From IMG/VR virus record IMGVR_UViG_3300005264_000079, positions 15,372 through 79,371 of that record: 64,000 nucleotides of DNA; one strand, written 5' to 3'. The stretch's first letter is position 1; each line of letters starts with the position of its first letter. Below, in pieces: positions 59,588 through 64,000 of the stretch. The notes beneath the pieces were generated by a model that made no database searches, was not told the origin of the DNA, and worked only from the letters and a program-made list of their open reading frames with translations. Source of the DNA: a virus. Its lineage: Duplodnaviria > Caudoviricetes. Made by a program: the position numbers and the translations under genes.

Positions 59588-61018
59588 ATGGCAAATGGAT
59601 CTGAAAGATATCTGGCAATACAGAAGGAAACTGTTGCTGGAACACTACCAAGCCCCTTTGATGCTGTAAAGCTCAGAGTAGTGCCCGGTAGTGGTATTGA
59701 AAACTCAAGAACTAATGTAAGTTCTAATGAGATTAGGGATGACAGGCAGATAATTGTATCTCGTCTTGGGCAGAATGCTCCAGCATTGACTGCTCCTTGT
59801 GAGCTGTCTTTTAAGAGTTATGATGAACTTATTGCAGGGGCATTAGGAAGTGCTTGGGTGGGAGATTACGATCTAAACCCTATTGCAGTAGATGTCTCTG
59901 CCGGAACTGATATTGTGACAAATGATGGTAGTAATTGGGCTGACAAAGGTGTAGCCATAGGGGATTATATTGTTCTTTCAGGACTCACAGTTTCTGGTGA
60001 GGATGGTATTTACTCTGTTAAGACTGTTGTTACAGACACTCTTACATTGGATGAAGCCGATGCAACCACACCTGCTTCGTTCACATCGGAGACAGGTGCT
60101 TCTGTTAGAATCGTAGGGGCAAGAAGCGGTGGTAGAATAGATGCTTCTACAAACAACATTACTGTATCTTCTGTAAATAAAACAATGACAGCATCTTCGG
60201 CTTTATGGGTTAGTTCCTATGATATTAGAGTAGGAGATAGACTTTACTTTGTAGGGTTTACTAATGCTGGAAATAATGGGTTCCATAAAGTAACGGCAGT
60301 GACAGACACTATACTTACTTTAGGCAAGGACACTGTTGTAAATGAGACGCTTTCTTCTGGGGATTTTGCCACAGCTAATGCAACAGCTATTGTTGTTTGT
60401 GGTACTGATCTCCCCACCTTTTCCATTGAGGAAGGGTTTACAGATGTTAGTGCCTACAGGTACACTACCGGAGCTAAAATAGGTAGTTGGAGTGCTTCCA
60501 TCCAGACTGATAGTATTATTACTACAGAGTTTGGTTTTGAGGGTACTACTTATAGTGGATTTTCTGGAGCAACAGCGACAGATACTTTGATTGATGCAAA
60601 TACTAACGATGTGTTTGATTCATACACTGGAAAACTATCTATAGCAGGAATTGCTGATTGTGTCATTACAGGATTTGATTTTTCACTTGACAATGGTCTT
60701 AATCCAAGATATGCCTTGTTACAGAAAGATAGATGCTCTATTGGACAGGGCAGAATTAATGTCACGGGAACGATAAATGCTTTCTTTCCTGGGTCTACAT
60801 TGAGTGATATTTATAATAATGAAATTGATTTAGATGCTCAGTTTTACTTTGAAGATTTGGATACTAATGGGTATACCTTTGGATTTCCAAAATTGAGACT
60901 TAACTCTGATAGCATTGATATTTCGGAAAATGATGTTACAGAATCGGTAGGATTTCAAGCTCTTGGGGGTGAGAGTCTTACCACCATGTATGTTTTGAAA
61001 CAGCCTAAGATCGTATAA
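59588..61018 (+). CDS. Major tail tube protein with two inserted beta-domain repeats
   Basis: 'SNEIRDDRQ', 'FSIEEGF', 'SLDNGL', 'VTGTINAFF'; no sheath gene seen. Confidence 0.85.
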   Translation: MANGSERYLAIQKETVAGTLPSPFDAVKLRVVPGSGIENSRTNVSSNEIRDDRQIIVSRLGQNAPALTAPCELSFKSYDELIAGALGSAWVGDYDLNPIAVDVSAGTDIVTNDGSNWADKGVAIGDYIVLSGLTVSGEDGIYSVKTVVTDTLTLDEADATTPASFTSETGASVRIVGARSGGRIDASTNNITVSSVNKTMTASSALWVSSYDIRVGDRLYFVGFTNAGNNGFHKVTAVTDTILTLGKDTVVNETLSSGDFATANATAIVVCGTDLPTFSIEEGFTDVSAYRYTTGAKIGSWSASIQTDSIITTEFGFEGTTYSGFSGATATDTLIDANTNDVFDSYTGKLSIAGIADCVITGFDFSLDNGLNPRYALLQKDRCSIGQGRINVTGTINAFFPGSTLSDIYNNEIDLDAQFYFEDLDTNGYTFGFPKLRLNSDSIDISENDVTESVGFQALGGESLTTMYVLKQPKIV

Positions 61019-61021
61019 AAT

Positions 61022-61046
61022 ACCCCACCCTTTATTGGGTGGGTTT
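61022..61046 (+). terminator. Probable terminator
   Basis: cccaccc-tttatt-gggtggg-ttt. Confidence 0.6.
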
Positions 61047-61080
61047 AAAAGAAAGAAATAAAAGAACAAGAGAGGAAATT

Positions 61081-61467
61081 ATGGACATTACAAAATTTAA
61101 CACAGTACAGGCATGTGAAGATGGTGCTTGGCTCACAATTCGTGATTTTGAAGATGCAAAAACAGATATAGCACTCAAAGTTATTGGGGTAGATGCTAAA
61201 CGATTTAAAACAGAAGTATTAAAATTAGCTAAGAAAGCTGAAGGGACAAAAATACAGGACACCGAGGAACTCGAAATGAGTAACATCAGAACGCTTGTCA
61301 GCATAACAGTTGATTGGAAAGGTGTTGATGGCCCCGATGGTAAAGCAATCCCATTTAGTAAAGAAATGGCTAATGAGATTTATACAAATTCCCCTCACAT
61401 TGCTAAACAGGTGTTGGAGTTTGCTAAGGAGAGGACAAATTTTTTGTCCGAAAAGCAGAAAGGTTAA
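61081..61467 (+). CDS. Tail assembly chaperone (gpG-like)
   Basis: Between tube and tape measure; 'VDWKGV', 'FAKERTNFL'; ATG 61081 behind GAGGA. Confidence 0.85.
   Translation: MDITKFNTVQACEDGAWLTIRDFEDAKTDIALKVIGVDAKRFKTEVLKLAKKAEGTKIQDTEELEMSNIRTLVSITVDWKGVDGPDGKAIPFSKEMANEIYTNSPHIAKQVLEFAKERTNFLSEKQKG
61440..61446 (+). other. Programmed -1 frameshift slippery heptamer T TTT TTG
   Basis: The -1 frame is open from here into ORF 61536-61829 (checked by hand). Confidence 0.8.
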
Positions 61468-61829
61468 AGTCTGCAACTTATAGTAAGTTTGAACTTGACT
61501 CCCCTGATGATAAGGGGATAACAAAAAGGCAGAGGTTGCTAAAGGTGGAGAGGGAGAGCGGAAAAACACCTGCTCCACTTCGAGACGAAATCAAGCTCAT
61601 TCCTGATGATATGCCCATTTTTACTATGTTTTTTGAAATGTATCAGAATGGGAAAGAGTTTTATCAAACAATATTTTACTATCAACAAGTGATTGGGGTA
61701 GAGTTTGATGGAGAGGATTTAACCTTGCTTCTTTCTATGTGGCAATGTGCTGATAAATACGTACGTGATAAAGAGAACAAGAAATTGACGAAGAGTAAAG
61801 GGGCCGGAAAGCCCAAAGGTCGGCCATAA
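61440..61829 (+). CDS. gpT-like segment of the G/GT chaperone
   Basis: Reached by -1 frameshift. Confidence 0.75.
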   Translation, partial: FFVRKAERLKSATYSKFELDSPDDKGITKRQRLLKVERESGKTPAPLRDEIKLIPDDMPIFTMFFEMYQNGKEFYQTIFYYQQVIGVEFDGEDLTLLLSMWQCADKYVRDKENKKLTKSKGAGKPKGRP

Positions 61830-61856
61830 AAGGCAATATGCATTTGGGAGGTATCC

Positions 61857-64000
61857 ATGTCAGATGTGACACAGCTATATATTAAGATTGACTCGAAAGG
61901 GGTTGTTACTGCTGGAAAAACTTTAAAAGAATTAAGACAACAGGCACAGAAAACAACCCCTGTTATAGATGACACAACCGGGGCTACGGATAAGTTAAAT
62001 CGGTCTAGTAAAGGTACAGCAGGATCGCTGTCAGCTTTATCTTCTGGTTTTAAAACGGTAGGACGAGATTTACAAAGATACGGGCTTGCATTAGTTGGAG
62101 CGGCTACAGCAGTTACCAAGTTTAGTTTTGATTTAACTAATGGTTTGGGGCAAGTGCAAACTTTGATCCCAAATACAGGTGATAGGATATACGAGTTAAG
62201 GGATGCCGTTCAAGCATTAGCAGTAGAAACAGGCGTATCTTCTAATGATATTAGCACAGGGTTATATCAGACAATATCTGCTTTCCAGGATAGTGCTGAT
62301 ACAATGGGTATTCTAACTACAGCTACGAAAGCGGCTGTAGCAGGTGGAGCTTCTGTAGCAGACTCAATAGCATTGGCTTCTGCTGTGACAAAAGCATATG
62401 GAGATACGTCTGCTGAGGCTGTTCAAAAAGTATTGGATTTATCTTTTGAAACAGTAAGATTAGGGCAAACAACATTTCCTGAATTAGCAAATGGAATACA
62501 GATAGCAACAGATAGTGCTGTTAGATTAGGTGTTAGTCAAGAAGAATTGTTTGCAATCTATTCATCTTTGACAGGTGTGTTAGGAGATGCTTCTGAAGCA
62601 TCTACAAAGTTTAGAAGTGCTTCTGCATCATTGTTAAATCCTAATGCTAAATTGACAAAATTATTTGAGGCTTTAGGCAGAGAGTTAAATGTACAGATAA
62701 CAACTGGAGAGGATTTTGTAAAAGCCGCTGGTGGAATACAAGGAGCCTTATCCTTAATCATTGATACAGCTATGGATAGCGATGAGCCACTACAGAAATA
62801 TGTTCGACGTATTGAAGGTATCACTCTGGCAAGTAGAGTGGCCTCTACATCTGCCGAGAAATATGCTTCGGATTTAAATAGTATGCAAAAAGCTACAGGA
62901 GCACTAAATGATGCTTTTGATGAAGTGGACGATGGTATTGACAAATTTCATAGAGATATTTTAAAGAGTAAAGAGCAGATAATAGCGTCGGCTACAGCAA
63001 TTGGGGACAATTTAGTACCTATGCTAGCAGAGCTGATGCAACAGATTGCTGATGCTTCTACTTACTTTGCTTCTTTTGATGATGAGCTACAGCAAACACT
63101 TATCTCATTAGGGCAGGTTGTTGTCGTTGCAGGGCCAGTGCTTATATTTATAGGATCATTACTGCGGATGACTAAGTTGTTCCTTGCTTTGAAGGCGTCT
63201 GCTTCTGTGCAAGCGTTAGTCGCTCTAATAGGTGGGCCTGTGGGTTTGGTCGTTGCATTAGCAGTATTAGTTGGTGGAGTGATCACAGCTAACTATCATA
63301 TGGCTAAACACATTCAAGTAATTAAAGAGCAGAGAGAAGCATATGCTAAGGCTCAAGGAGAACAGCATGATTATATGCTTTCTCTTGATACTACAGCAAA
63401 AGCACAATTGGATCTTAATGACGCAGGGGAATTAGGTGAAACTACTATAAAGGATTTGACAGAAAAGTACCCTGATTTGGTTGAAGAAGTGGGGGCTTAT
63501 GCTGTTACACCGATGCTGAGTCTTTGCAGTTAAGTGGTTTGACACAAGAAGAAGCAAAAGCTCAAGCAACGGCAATAGGCGATGCTTTTAAATTAGGTTT
63601 TATTCATAAAATGGAGCAACTCAAACAAGAGCAACAAGAGATTGTTGAGCAGATCAATGCTAAAGCACAAGATTTGGGTGTAAGTGCTCTCCTACCTGAA
63701 ACAGGAGCAGGAGAGGTTTTATTCAGTGCTATGGAGAGTAATTTAGAAGATTTTTTAGTTGAAGTAAGAAAGAAAATTGCTGGTGGCTTATCTTTAGAAG
63801 AAGATCCTCCTGAGCTACTTACATGGCAAGAGTGGTTTGAAAAGTCTTTCCCAAGAGGAAGTATTTGCTGATATTTTTGGTGAAGATGTTGACTATATTT
63901 CTTTTTATGAAGAACAGCTTGACACACTAAAGGAAAAGTTTAAAGAGCTTACTGCTGTACAAGCAGATGAAGTTAAATTAGGGGAGTATTTCAAAGTAAA
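61857..64000 (+). CDS. Tape measure protein, with frameshifts near 63510 and 63850; runs off window
   Basis: TP901-like TMP core 'GLYQTISA', 'TVRLGQTT', 'ASLLNP'; continues as 63524-63871 and as an open frame from 63852 to the end. Confidence 0.88.

Overview
The whole window is part of one tailed dsDNA phage genome (siphovirus-type head and tail genes). I saw no host chromosomal flank, tRNA, rRNA or CRISPR array. It has three zones. (1) About 1-32.5 kb, minus strand: nucleotide metabolism, RNA repair and translation genes (ThyX-like, Pth2, HAD nucleotidase, dNMP kinase, RNA ligase), a near-complete replisome (UDG-PolA fusion, Pif1-like, DnaB-like and SNF2-like helicases, beta-clamp-like protein, primase), a Mom-like plus two-methyltransferase DNA modification cluster, a tyrosine recombinase, two antirepressors and a ParB-domain protein. 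(2) About 32.5-39.6 kb: a much more AT-rich island of small, mostly acidic ORFs, many with their own near-consensus sigma70/sigmaA promoter. By manual scan it has no GATC for 5.1 kb. It carries a perfect (ATT)30 tract between two back-to-back promoters and has repeat-rich non-coding borders, so it is a candidate early/first-injected anti-defence region near the genome end. (3) About 39.6-64 kb, plus strand: decayed small genes, a phosphatase, DNA ligase, TerS, TerL with an atypical class-3-like intein, portal, MuF-like protein with a second intein, scaffold, capsid, neck, tail tube, G/GT chaperones and tape measure (runs off the window). Portal, tape measure, the TerL intein and several small genes carry apparent deletions or frameshifts, and several genes carry short perfect tandem duplications. 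These may be assembly errors or real decay. All product calls are from motif recognition by eye, not database searches.
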